Below are positions 1-11,350 of a stretch of DNA of 64,000 bases, in pieces (the stretch's first letter is position 1; each line of letters begins with the position of its first letter). A program made the position numbers and the translations under genes. The stretch covers positions 4,650,001-4,714,000 of the forward strand of contig JAWMAR010000168.1 in assembly GCA_036785375.1 (NCBI GenBank). Reading direction: 5' to 3'. The DNA comes from Leucoraja ocellata. Lineage: Eukaryota. The notes beneath the pieces were generated by a model that did not search any database, was not told where the DNA came from, and worked only from the letters and a program-made list of their open reading frames with translations.

Positions 1-50
1 ACTGCAAGTAATGTGTCCCCAGGGATGATATCCCTTGTCTTGTTTAAGGT

Positions 51-190
51 CATAACAGATAGGTATAGAATTAGGCCGTTCGGCCCATCAAGTCTTCTCC
101 GCCATTCAATCATGGCTGATCTATCTCTCCCTCCTAACCCCATTCTCCTGCCTTCTCCCCATAACCTCTGACACTTGTACTAATCAAGAA
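51..190 (-). mobile_element. CR1 LINE 3' end fragment
   Basis: Reverse complement of the CR1 3' tail seen throughout the window (ggggagaaggcaggagaatgggg...gatcagccatgattgaatggcgg...gggccgaa). Confidence 0.8.
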
Positions 191-229
191 AGTAGCCAGT
201 TTGGGGGGGGGGGGGGGGGGGGGGGGCAG

Positions 230-2130
230 TTTGTGGTGTTTCCCCCAGATTCAGCCTCTCAATGCCCAGTAGCACTAGGACCCTAGAGAGTGGTCCTCTA
301 CCACAGAGCCTTGCCGTTGGCTGTACCGAGCTGCCGTCATGTACTGCTGCAGTTTGGATGGGCCTGTCTACAGCATTCCTTTACGGACATTTCACTGTGC
401 TAGAAAATCGACAAGCTTCATTTAGACCAAAGAGAGTCTTTCACAGAACTGCTGGTCTCGATGTTCATCTCCAAGTGTGTCTCTGGGGACAACCCATCAA
501 TCTGTAAGTCCTCCTTGGCTACCCAGTATAAACGGTGACAAGGACCCTTGCATCTTTCGTCAGACCCTCTTAGCAAACCCACGTTCTGCAAAGAGCTGGG
601 AATCCTTTTTTTTTGTATTTCAAAAATAAAATAAATATATATAAAATACAAAAACTGTACAAATATTTTTTGGGCCTATACATTCAATAGAGTCATACTC
701 CATGGATGGCTCGATTGTAATCATGTTTTGTCTTTCACAGACCAATCTTTGTTAAACCATAGCTATCCGTTCCATCCAATTCTTGTTTCATGTTTCAACC
801 CCTCTGCAGGTGGTTGGACTGGTTGGTGAAGTGGATGAAGGGCCAGCTGAGTAATGGATGAGCGCGGGTGGCCCTGTAGTTCACTCTGGTGCAATCTGCA
901 GACCCACCGTGGATCGGAGCAGACGGCGGCAACATCGTCCATGTACAGGGAAGTTTTGTTCTAAGTGCCCCACCACCCAGCAATATCACCCCTCATATGC
1001 TCTTTCCCTTCCTGATGGATTTAGCAAAGGGTTCGATACAGCCAGGCATGGAAATCGATATAAATATATGGAGGGGACCGGGGGACAGGGGGGGGACAAA
1101 ATTTCTTGGCAGCCACGCGCGCATGCGCACACTCACACTCGCGAGGCTTCGGAGACTCAATCCAGTGCTAAATGCAGCTCAACTCTGCCTGGCTCGCCGG
1201 GTTAACCTACAGCCCTGCCTGGACTGACGGGACACCAGCGCTGCTTCTCCATGCTGGCTGTAAACCTGGGCCATATTTCCCGCAAGTCCAGGCAGGGCTG
1301 TAGGTTAACCTGGCGGGACAGGCAGAGTTGAGCTGAGTTTTGCGCTGTTTCTCTGCGCTGGCTGTGGGCCTGGAGGCACCGCTCCAGTCTGACTCCCGGT
1401 GGGGACGGGACAGCGCCGGAGAGCCGGGATCGATCCTGGCTGCGGATGAGGCGCAGGTCTGTGCCGAGAGTGTTTTGGCACGTCTCCCTCCTCCAATCAC
1501 TGCGCTCTATCCTCAGTCCCACACCCCCCCCCCCCACTCCTCCCTCCTCCAATGATTGCGCTGAATCACCATGTCCCGCCCCCATTGCCTGCTGACCGAC
1601 ATCTCTCTCGTCCAATCGGCGCCCTCGATCAGCAGTCCCACCCCCACTGTCTTGCGGAAAGCGGAGATTTCACCTTTTAAAATACGGATTACAAAAATCG
1701 TCCCCCACGATCGTCCCCCACCAGTCAAAACAGAGGGGGGACGTGTCCCCCCCTGGGATTTCCGCCCCTGGATACAGCACCCAAACAAGAGAGGAGAGAG
1801 TGAGCAACCTTGCCTGACTCCAGACCTGATGGGGAAGATGTTCTTTTCGCACCCACTGATCTGGACTGCACTACAGATGTCTTTGTAGAGCATTTGGATT
1901 CTCTCCCCAAAGCCTATTTTGGAGACCACATCCATCACATACAAGTGCAAAGAGCTGGGCAAACATCTCCATCATTCCACATTTGCCAGCACGTCATGAA
2001 CTCTCCCACGTACAAAACACACCCTCACCGCTGCCCACGAATACACTTGTCACCCATGGTGAGATGTAACCGGAAGCAGCAGCTGGGAATAATAAACTAT
2101 CGGCAGAGAAACACCCCCCAAAACTTGCTA
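230..2130 (-). mobile_element. Degenerate Tx1/L1-clade LINE RT fragment, interrupted by a hAT MITE
   Basis: ORF 1513-1962 gives SGVRQGCSLSPLLF. After removing 1043-1770 plus one TSD copy it reads CCIEPFAKSIR, and a frameshifted LYMDDV (ctgtacatggacgatgtt) lies at ~930-947. Outer limits approximate. Confidence 0.75.
1043..1770. mobile_element. Non-autonomous hAT-type DNA transposon (MITE)
   Basis: Imperfect TIRs CAGGCATGGAAATC / GATTTCCGCCCCTG; perfect 8-bp TSD GATACAGC at 1035-1042 and 1771-1778. Confidence 0.85.
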
Positions 2131-2163
2131 AAATGAGAAATCAGCTGAGCTAACCAAATTTAA

Positions 2164-2262
2164 TCTCTGAAGAAGGGTCTCGATCCGAAACGTCACCTAA
2201 TCCTTCTCTCCAGAGATGCTGACTGTCTCGCTGAGTTACTCCAGCATTTTGTGTCTACCTTC
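2164..2262 (+). mobile_element. Penelope-derived short unit with minimal hammerhead core
   Basis: CTGAAGA-AGGGTCTCGATCC-GAAACGTC-ACC followed by the conserved agatgctg...ctgagttactccagcattttgtgtcta tail. Confidence 0.8.
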
Positions 2263-2466
2263 TATAATGTCCCACCATCCTTTTAAAAATGTAAACATCT
2301 CCATTATGGAACAAAGAAACTAATTCCCAAGGTTACCGTGACACAATTTTCTGTGGCAGGACAATAGCTGGAAGTGAAGTCCTGTGCACTTAAATACAAG
2401 ATTCTGAAATAACCTCCCTCATTCTTGATTTCCATGATAACGATCTTCAAACATTTACTTGGATAC

Positions 2467-2560
2467 ATAGACAATAGATGCAGTAGTAGGCCATTCGGCC
2501 CTTTGAGCCAGTACCACCATTCAATGTCATCATGGCTGATCATCCACAATCATTACCCCA
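2467..2560 (-). mobile_element. CR1 3' tail fragment
   Basis: taggccattcggccctttgagccag...catggctgatcatc matches the CR1 3' end. Confidence 0.7.
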
Positions 2561-2702
2561 TTTTTGCAATGCCATTTCTTTTTGGTCCCAAAATTGCCCG
2601 TTTCAAACCTTGTGCATCCTAATTGCAAACTCATACACACCACAAATTTGGTTCTGCATCACCACCACAGCCTTGGCAAACCAAGCTACAAAATACAGCA
2701 AA

Positions 2703-2935
2703 GACAGACACAAATGCTAGAATAACTCAGTGGGTCAGGCAACATCTCTGGCAAAAAGGATTAGGTGACTTTCCTGCTTGAAACACTTCAGTCTGTTCCA
2801 GTCTGAAAAAGGACCTTGACCGGAAACGTCACCTATTCCTTTTCTCCAGAGATGCTGTCTGACCCGCTGAGTTACTCCAGCGTTTTGTGTCTATCTTAAA
2901 GTTTAAACCAGCATCTGCAGTTTCTTCCTCTACAA
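2703..2935. mobile_element. Palindromic pair of Penelope-derived units
   Basis: Left arm agacacaaatgctagaataactcag... is the reverse complement of right arm ...ctgagttactccagcgttttgtgtct; hammerhead cores are degenerate. Confidence 0.75.
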
Positions 2936-3088
2936 TATACAGCAGCAATATTCCCCATACCAATTTCATCATTCTGCTATAACCATGTGATATATTTTAC
3001 TCAAATATACTTTTAGATTTAGACAAAATGGTAGATCAAATTATGGAGGCTTAATAAGACCTCAGGAGTTGATATCGATGGAAATTAC

Positions 3089-3222
3089 CTGCAGTCTTGA
3101 ATCCCGATGCCTTGTCCAACCTTCTGGAAGCCACGAGGGCAGAAGAGATTTTGGCTTATCGCACAGGAGGTACAAGCTGTGGCCAACAACAACTCTAGCT
3201 GCTCGTTGCAATGTTGCCGTTT
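3089..3222 (-). CDS. STAB1: Stabilin exon 2, N-terminal Cys-rich region: KRQHCNEQLELLLATACTSCAISQNLFCPRGFQKVGQGIGIQDC(R)
   Basis: Acceptor ccacttAG (3223-3224), donor GTAATT (3088-3083), 134 nt, phase 0/2. The C-x11-CTSCA-x7-CP-x-G...QDCR pattern matches my recollection of the STAB1 N-terminus (CTSCAAIKKQTCPSGW...QDCR). STAB2 is not excluded. Not in the ORF track in this frame. Confidence 0.85.
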
Positions 3223-3384
3223 CTAAGTGGTTTACAAACAGGTCAAGAGTTAAAAGCATTTAATTATCACGTGTAATGGAAATGGAACAATGAAATTCTC
3301 ACTTGCAGCAGCATAATGTTTGAATGGGAGAGAAATGGGAAATTGAAAGCTTTACATTAGGCAGTTAGGAGGTAAATCCCACAC

Positions 3385-3655
3385 CCTCCCCCCTCTCTGT
3401 TCAACCATCCACCTATTCTCTCCCTCCTCTCCTCACCTGTGCCCACCTATTACCTGCCACAGTTTGTCCTGCCCCTCATCTCATTTAGCCTTCTCCCCTC
3501 CCCCCCACTCCCCAAACAATCAGTCCACAGAAAGGTCCCAACCCAAAACATCACCAATACATGTTCTCCAAGGATGCTGCCTGACCTGCTGAGTTACTCC
3601 AACACTTTGTGTCTGTTTTTATAAACCAGCATCTGCAGCTCCTTTTTTTTCCCTA
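3385..3655 (+). mobile_element. Degenerate Penelope-like 3' region
   Basis: C-rich tract, decayed hammerhead (caatcagtccacagaaaggtcccaacccaaaacatcacc) and tail gatgctgcctgacctgctgagttactcc...ccagcatctgcag. Confidence 0.7.
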
Positions 3656-4189
3656 CAGCCCAATCTCCATCTCCATTGAAAGAGGTGTCCATGAGCAAAT
3701 GAGCGGCTACTGTTCGGATCTACAGACATTGTTAATCCCAGTTACCTATCACGCATACACCTACGATCCTGTACCAAAAGTATGTTGAGTGAATAACTTG
3801 CTCCATTGGTTGTGATCAGACAAATACAACTGAAATCATTTCATCTGAATTGGGTTACACCTGTGATGTTGTGACCTGATGTCATAGTTTTACCAGCAGA
3901 ATTTTTTTAAACATAAATAGCTCTGCAATTTGGATGAATCCAGGGCAATAAGGGTCCAATCAAGATTTGGGTGTAAATTTTAAACCCCATCTTTGATTGC
4001 GGTCACAGCAATGGGAAAATGTTTAATCATTTCCTTCCCTAACTTTACTTTGATGTCTGACAGAAAGGAAATATTAGATTGAGGAATGTGAAATACTGAC
4101 ATTCCCAAAGATGCGAATTGGGTAATCAAATTGAACAAGTCATACAACCACATTTCACTCAGCCAAGAGAACTGCACTCATCAAATATC

Positions 4190-4289
4190 AAAGATAGATA
4201 CAAAATGCTGGAGTGACCCAGCGGGACAGGCACCATCTCTGGAGAGAAGGAACGGGTGACATTTCGGGTCGAGACCCTTCTTCAGACCA
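4190..4289 (-). mobile_element. Penelope-derived unit with hammerhead core
   Basis: Minus strand GGT-CTGAAGA-AGGGTCTCGACCC-GAAATGTC-ACC plus tail. Confidence 0.8.
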
Positions 4290-4649
4290 TCAAATATTGA
4301 CTGCAGCTCGCTGAAGGAGAGTCTCAGTCACAGGGGGTGTCAGAATGGCACTGATATCGCAATGGATATCGCAGTGGGGAGGGCCACTGGAGGCCTTGCA
4401 GCAGCCTGGGGCACGGTCCCAGTGCCCCAACCACAGGCCCGGCTCGTTCGGTGAGGGAAGGCCGCTGAGCTCACCCCGTGGATCAGGCATCGGAGAGAAG
4501 GTGGAAAGAGACGGCGACTGCGGCAGACGCTGGAAAATGGCCCAGTGAGAGGAACTGGGGAGGTGGTCTTACCATCAGTGTCCTCAAGGTCGGCTGCGGG
4601 TGGCAACCCTGGGGGAACAAGGGCTGAAAAGGGCCAGACATGGAGAGAG

Positions 4650-4760
4650 ATGAGGGGGAGAAGGCAGGAGAATGGGGTTAGGAGAGATAGATCAGCCATG
4701 ATTGAATGGCGGAGTAGTTTTGATGGGCCGAATGGTCTAATTCTAATCCTATTCCTTATG
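4650..4760 (+). mobile_element. CR1 3' tail
   Basis: ggggagaaggcaggagaatggggttagg...gatcagccatgattgaatggcgg...gggccgaatgg. Confidence 0.75.
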
Positions 4761-5479
4761 AGGGAATGAAGGTGATGGATGCATTGGGCCTTTGTGGCCA
4801 TCTGCAGCTGGGACTAGAAACTGGTGGCAAAATGGCACCTCTTGCATATGGACTCAGTGGGCTGTTCTGTCCACACTGCACTGACTGGGGTGATAGTGTT
4901 CATGCTCAGGGATAGTCTTGCTGAGCTTTATGCAAAACATGTATTTCACTGTACCGGGTACACGTGACCATAAAGAAAATATTGATATTTATATTTTAAT
5001 CTTCAATTTTTCTGAAATTTGTAAAAAAATCAATTGTAGTAAAAAAAAAGTGCTGCTTGCCACTATAGATATTCAAAGCACTTAAGGAGAGAATGGGACA
5101 TAAATAGAGGGACAGGCATTGGTGGGGGAGAGAGGCAAGGAGGAGAAATATTGCTAGACATTAATAACAAGGGTCAGAACCCAACCAGTTCGCGGGGGGG
5201 GGGGGGGAGGCAGGGAGGGAGGGGGGAGGGAGGGGGAGGAAGAGGGAGGGGAGGGGGGGCCACTTGCTCATTCAAGTTAATCACCATTTCTAAATTAGAG
5301 AGCAGATAATCAGGGGTTTCATAACTACATGATATTTCTGAATAAATACCTGAAACTGCTGGTTTGGACATTGTGCTAACTGCTGCTAGATAACGGGCAT
5401 TAGATATGAAACCGGAGCTTAACACCCCACAGATACACAGACATCAAGTTACTCCATTCCAGTTACTTGATTACTTCAT

Positions 5480-5605
5480 AGGGGAGTCAGTGGATATGGG
5501 GAGAAGGCAGGAACGGGGTACTGATTGGGGATGATCAGCCATGATCACATTGAATGGCGGTGCTGGCTCGAAGGGCCGAATGGCCTCCTCCTGCACCTAT
5601 TATCT
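5480..5605 (+). mobile_element. CR1 3' tail
   Basis: ggatatggggagaaggcagg...gctcgaagggccgaatggcctcctcctgcacctat. Confidence 0.8.
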
Positions 5606-5844
5606 AATCCCGTTAACTTGTTTTTCCCCTCCAAATCCATTGCACCATCTCACTCCTCCCCCATCTTGCGTCTTATTGTGACTTGGCAAATAGCCAGCAG
5701 CCCCAAGCTCAAGGCATCGGATTCGCTTAATTGTTTAAAATGTACAGCAGGAGGTCAAAGAAAACAAAAAGCAACATGGAAAGTGTGAGGTCTCCGTGCA
5801 TTGGGTGACCGTGTTGTAGCCAGGGTCAATACCGCCCAACAATT

Positions 5845-5948
5845 GAAGCCGAAGATAGACACAAAAGGCTGGAGTAACTCAGCGGGACAGGCAGCATCTC
5901 TGGAGAGAAGGAATAGGTGACGTTCCGGGTTGAGACCCTCCTTCAGAA
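5845..5948 (-). mobile_element. Penelope-derived unit (decayed hammerhead)
   Basis: gatagacacaaaaggctggagtaactcagcgggacaggcagcatctc...gtgacgttccgggttgagaccctccttcag. Confidence 0.75.
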
Positions 5949-6294
5949 GTTCTCCAACAAGAGAGACCTCCTGGTTTGTGGGCACTGCCGGGACAAACTG
6001 TGATCAATGAGAGGGGCCAGTCACCACCGTGTCTCCCCACCCCTCCCCTCCCCTGCTGGTTAACCAGGGTGGACCCCATCAATTGTGAAACATCCAGTAA
6101 GCTAAACTATCCCCATCGCCGCGGGACAGAATAAACAGATACTGGGTGGGGGTGGGGGATATGCAAAGGCACAAGTTGCCAGTCCCCTCGTTCAGGCATT
6201 AACAGGGTTCACAGCGGACAAGCCACAGGATGGGAAGGCGAGCAGGACAGAAGGAGAGGAGAAACTTGCCTGTGTAGTGCAGCCACTTGCTTAC

Positions 6295-6387
6295 CTTCTG
6301 TCTCTCGGCAGCCCCGGGGCAATGAGTAACCAGCTGGACAAGCAACAGCAGCAGCGCTGCACAAAGCGAGGAGTTGACACTTTCCAT
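6295..6387 (-). CDS. STAB1: Stabilin coding exon 1, signal peptide MESVNSSLCAALLLLLVQLVTHCPGAAERQK
   Basis: Strong Kozak (aacATGg), hydrophobic h-region, AAG|GTAAG phase-0 donor at 6294; joins in frame to the exon at 3089-3222 (intron 3223-6294). Confidence 0.85.
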
Positions 6388-6800
6388 GTTTCAGCATCAG
6401 TCAGTACAGAGAGGGACCGCTGTTGTTGCCCGCTGCTCGCTGTGACCAGAGTGGCAACACACTCCCCGCGGTAGCCCGACTCACTCACTCACTCACTCAC
6501 ACACACCACAGCCCGGAGACGCTCGCCTCCCAGATACCAGCGTGCACTGGAGATGAGAGCGAGGGTGGGAGTCCTTTCTTTAAAAAAAACACAGCGGATA
6601 AAGGTTGCTTCGGAAGGAGTCCCTTCTATGTATGTATATGATCTATAAAGACCCGGGATTAACTTTCACAAGTCTTCCAGAAAGCAGGATTTCCTTCTGC
6701 CATATCAAAGCGGGACAGATGTTCGGAAATCCGCCGCTGCTATTGCAGATAAATGTCACAGATTTGGGGGGCGAGTCGTTTCCCTTCCTCTGGGGGGCGG
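6388..6800 (-). promoter_or_regulatory. Stabilin 5'UTR and proximal promoter (TSS not determined)
   Basis: CpG-richer, transposon-free DNA directly upstream of the ATG; (ACTC)n at ~6479-6500; TTTAAA near 6578-6583; GGAA/ETS cores, inverted kB-like GGATTTCC/GGAAATCC and AGATAA. Confidence 0.55.
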
Positions 6801-8159
6801 GGGTGGGTGAACCGTCTGGCTGGGCAGTTGTCACCCCCGTTCTCCGTTCTCTCTGCCTCTCTTGCACGGTGCCGGATTTGCGCCCTGCTGTATTCACATC
6901 TGCAGTTCAGGAACCATAGCAGCGCTTCCTCCAGTGTCAGGCGGTGTCTATCTATCCCCTCTGCCTCCCCACCAAAGCAAAACAACATCCAGGAAACGAG
7001 CGTCTCTCAGCAAGAAGTATCCAAGTGGTGCGAGTCCTATCCCCGCAAGGTTTAAATTGGTTTGGGATCAGCGTAGAGAAGGCTGCACTCTCGCCCCAGT
7101 AATACATTCCATCTTTGCTTCCTTAATGAAATCAACAACAGCACTGGGGAAAACAACTGCGTTTGCATATTTTGAGCTCTCCTGCAGTAAATCACGATTC
7201 GCAGAGGCTTTCGCTGAGAAAATTACTACTATTTGCAAATGTTAGCATTTTTTTAATTTGTTTCTCCTGTCTGTCAGAGGAAGTGGTCTGCGACTTTGGT
7301 TATACACTTCCCGATCTTCGGGTCAGAACATATTCCCAAGGGTTGAATTGTTTTTTGATTGGACTAATCTGGAAAGTTTGAGATAGTTTCGGTCAGAGAC
7401 AGGATTGCAAACTCTGCTCTCGTGTGAACTTTGCCTGATAAGGATTAGCTGTTGAGTAATGAGACCGGCGCGACACAATGCCACAATGTACCTTTCACCA
7501 AATTGAGATTGTAACAAAAATCATTCGAATCAAACGGCATTGAAAATATGTAGGAGCCCTTCACAAACGTTAATTTCCTCCTTAACTAAGTGCCAATCAC
7601 GCCGCTGTGTGTGCCCAGGAAGTTATCGTTTCAATGCCACAATTGAATACCGCACTGTTGTGGAAGACACACTTTCTGTAGTAGATGACAGGCAGCTTCA
7701 CTCACTCCCTATTCATTTATACCAGGTGGCAGGCACGGCAGCCCAGTCCCTATTCAATTTACTATGTAGCCATGCCAATTTAGTACTTCATTCAATGGAA
7801 TGAATAGCTGTGCCAGTCCTGTCTGCATTCAATTGACTAGGTAGCCATGCCAACCTCGATCAGATTCATCTAACTAGGTGGGCAGATTTCCACAAGTCTA
7901 CAACATTAAGCATGGAACCTCCCTCGGTTGCATTTCAATTAAGTTTGACTTAACCTAGAAAGATGTCCCTTTGTAACCTTGTCCTGGTTTACACAGACAC
8001 ACCAATTCCATTCACATTTGTTTGTAAATCTGGAATTATATTCCTACATTCCTCCCATCACCAAGGGGATGCAATCATTTTTCTTCACACAGCTTAGCTA
8101 CATTTGTTCATCTTTTTGAACAAATACATTGTGGTAGGATTTTATAGTGGGATAGCTAA

Positions 8160-8950
8160 TTTTGATCCTTTAGTTGAAAAGGGCAGCAGGGAGAAATCGG
8201 CAAACTACAGGTCAGTCAGCCTTACATTCGTGGTGGGAAAATTATTAGATGGGATTCTAGGACAGGATTTATCCACATTTGGAACAGCAAGGACCTATTA
8301 AGGATCGTCAACATGGCTTGGCACTGATAAATGACGTCTCAAGAAACACACTGAATGTTCAAAAGTCTTCCAGAAAGCAGGATTTCCTTCTGCCATATCA
8401 GAGCGGGATAAATATTCGGAAATCCGTCACTTCTACGTTGGTATTGCAGATAAATGTCACAGATTTTTGATTGAATGTTTTTTAAGCGATGTCCAACAGG
8501 ATCGATGAGGGCAGGACAGTATGGACCTTGCAAAGGCCTTTGATAAGCTCCAACATGGCTGGAAGGTTAGAATACTTGGGATTCAGGGTAAATTAGCCAA
8601 TTAAATCAAAAATGTGCTTGGTGGTAGCAGGCAAAGGGGGGTAGTGTAGAGCAGCTTTTCAGATTGGATGCCCTGTGACTGGCAGCATGTCACACAGATC
8701 AATGTTGGTCTTCTGCTGTTGGTCCTATATATTGGTGATTTAGCAGGTTTGTAGATGATACCAAAATTAGTGGTGTCGTGGACAGTCAAGGAGGTTGTCT
8801 AAGGTTCCAACAGGACATCGATCCACTGGGAATGTGAACATGGGGATGGCAAATGGAACCTCATTTGGACAAGTGTGAAGTGATGCATTTGGGGTTAAAG
8901 AAGGCAGGACCCTGTGGAATGTCATGGAGAGACTTTGAGGCACAAGTTGA
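8160..8950 (+). mobile_element. Old CR1 RT fragment interrupted by a promoter-derived insert
   Basis: EKSANYRSVSLTFVVGKLL, aaggcctttgataag (KAFDK) and gtagatgataccaaa (DDTK) remnants. Confidence 0.75.
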
Positions 8951-10440
8951 GTTTAGTATATAGTCACGAATACCAAGGTACAGTGGAAAGCTTTAGTTGC
9001 ATGTTAACCAATCAACGGAAAGACAATACATGATTACAATCGAGTCAGTCACAGTGTACAGATACATGATCAATGGAATAATGTGAATAACATTTAGTGC
9101 AAGATACAGTATTGTAAAGTCAGATCAAAGATAGTCAAAGGTGATCCAATGATGTAGATAGTAGCTCAGGACTGCTCTCCAGTTGTGGCGGGATGCTTTA
9201 GTTGCCCGATAACAGCTGGGAGAAACTTTCCCTGAATCTGCATTTTGACACTTCTAAACTATTGCCCAGTGGGAGAGGGGCAAAGAGGGAGTGGCTGGGT
9301 AGTGACTTGTCTTTGATTATGCTGCTGTCCTTGCCTAAGCAGCACGAGGTGTAAATGGAGTAAATGGAAGGGAGGTACACAAAAATGCTGGAGAAACTCA
9401 GCGGGTGCATCAGCATCTATGGAGCGAAGGAAATAGAATTAGAATTAGAATTAGATTTAGATTCCTTTATTGTCATTCAGACCTTTCGGTCTGAACGAAA
9501 TTATGTTGCCTGCAGTCATACACAGAACCAATAAAAACAAAACATACAATAAACACAAATTAAACATCCACCACAGTGAGTTCACCAAGCACATCCTCAC
9601 TGTGATGGAGGCAAAGTCTTAGTCTCCGTCTCTTCCCTCCTTGTTCTCCCTCTGCGCTGAGGCGATCGATCCAGGCTGGAGATGCCGCCCTCCAGTCCAG
9701 CGGACCTCCGTGATGATGTCGCCGCCGAAAGCCGGAACATTTCATAGGCAACATTTCGGGCCGAAACCCTTCATCTTCTAAATGGAAGGGAGGTTGGTTT
9801 ATGTGATGGGCTGGACTTCGTCCACAATTCTCTGCAATTTCTAGCGGTCTTGGATGGAGCTGCTCCCAAACCACGCTGTGATGCATCCTGATAAAATGCT
9901 TACTACAGCGCATTTGTAGAAGTTGGTAAGAGTTGTATGGGACATGCCAAATCTTCTTGACGTTCTAAGGAAGTTGGTGTGCTTTCTTGGTCATTGCTTC
10001 AATGTGGGTGGTCCAGAACAAGTTGTTAGTGATATTTACTCCGCGGAAATTGAAGCTTTCAACCAACTGTAATTCAGCATCGTGTACCACTTCACTTCCT
10101 GAAGTTGACCACTCTATCCTTTGTCTTGATGGCATTGCGAGGAAGGTTGTTGTCTCCACACCAGGTCATGTTCTCAATCTCCTTCCCGTACTCCGTCTCG
10201 TCATTATTTAATATCCAGCCCACAATGGTGGTGTCGTCTGCGAATTTGTAAATTGAATTGGATTTGCTACATGGCTGCACAAAGAGTAAAGAAGGGGACT
10301 GAGAATACATCCTTGCGGGGCAGCAGTGTTGAAGATTTGTCCTCTATCCTCATTGATTGGGGTCTGTTGGTCAGGAAGTCGAGGACCCAGTTGCAGAGAT
10401 GAGTGCTGTGGTACATAGTTCACTTAAACTGGGAATATAG
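8950..10440 (-). mobile_element. Rex1/Babar-type LINE, 5'-truncated, with nested insertions
   Basis: APQGCILSPLLYSL, IYKFADDTTIVG, FRGVNITNNLFW, KKAHQ motifs in ORFs 9965-10423. Confidence 0.85.
9377..9778 (-). mobile_element. Penelope-derived unit inserted in Rex1, itself split by a retroelement 3' end (9437-9743) with (TTCTAA)n tail
   Basis: 16-bp TSD TAAATGGAAGGGAGGT at 9361-9376 and 9779-9794; inner insert flanked by ATAG. Confidence 0.8.
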
Positions 10441-10477
10441 ATAGAGAGGTTAGAGAGGAAGGTGTATAGCTTAGTCA

Positions 10478-11347
10478 CATTTTATTTATTTATTTATATA
10501 GCACATTTAAAAAAACAACTCTCGTTGGCCAAAGTGCTTTACATTTGTTATAAGAATAATATAAACAAACAAACTACATACATATATACATACAGCCCTC
10601 GCTCAGTGGACGTCAGGAAAGGCTTGAGAATATAGATAAGATTTTAGTCTTGACTTAAAGGAGTCGATGGAGGGGGCAGTTCTGATGGGAAGGGGGATGC
10701 TGTTCCACAGTCTAGGAGCTGCAAATGCAAAGGTGCGGTCGCCCCTGAGCTTATGCCTAGACCGCGGGATATTCAGCAACCCCAAGTCAGCCGATCTGAG
10801 GGACCTGGAGGTGGAGTGGTGGGTGAGAAGACTTTTAATGTAGGTGGGGGCAAGCCCATGAGGGCTTTGTAGACATAGAGGAGGGTCTTGAAATGTATAC
10901 GGAACTGCACAGGGAGCCAGTGGAGAGAGGCTAGGATCGGGGTGATGTGGTCCCTTTTTCGGGTGCCCATTAGGAGTCTCGCTGCGGCGTTTTGGAGCAG
11001 TTGCAGGCGGGACAGGGAAGATTGGCTGATGCCAGTGTAAAGGGAGTTGCAGTAATCTAGGCGGGAGGAGATAAATGTGTGGATGATCTTTTCGAGGTCA
11101 TCAGTGGAGGAATTGTTTTATTTTAGCTATCTTTCGAAGCTGAAAGAAGCTAGCTTTTACCACGGCATTGACTTGTTTGTCAAATTTCAATGCTGAGACA
11201 AATATCACGCCAAGGTTTTTGACGTGAGGTTTGAGTAGTGGAGTAAGGCTTCCAAGGCTGCCTGCTATTATTTTGATTGAGTCCGAGGGGCCGGGAAGGA
11301 TGACCTCAGACTTACTCTCATTTAGTTGGAGGAAGTTCTGGGCCAGC
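10478..11347 (-). mobile_element. L2-clade LINE 3' fragment
   Basis: NFLQLNESKSEV, VKNLGVIF, RKRDHITPILASLHWLPV, GDRTFAFAAPRLWNSIP; tail tgtaaagcactttgg...gtgctatataaataaa. Confidence 0.9.
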
Positions 11348-11350
11348 TTA

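Noticed and set aside
203-227. Poly-G/C runs (also ~5190-5260, 12280-12325, 33545, 41320) as functional G-quadruplexes
   Set aside because: Mostly inside transposons; homopolymer lengths are unreliable in assemblies.
2540-2700. Possible stabilin exon 3
   Set aside because: Phase-compatible frame hits a stop and lacks the expected GC...CCPG pattern; exon 3 probably lies beyond position 1.
3062-3263. ORF-track peptides over exon 2
   Set aside because: Wrong frame or strand; the stabilin frame is bounded by splice sites.
6295-7300. Collagen IV head-to-head gene pair suggested by the phase-0 signal-peptide exon
   Set aside because: The next exon is stabilin-like; no Gly-X-Y exons or divergent partner exon seen.
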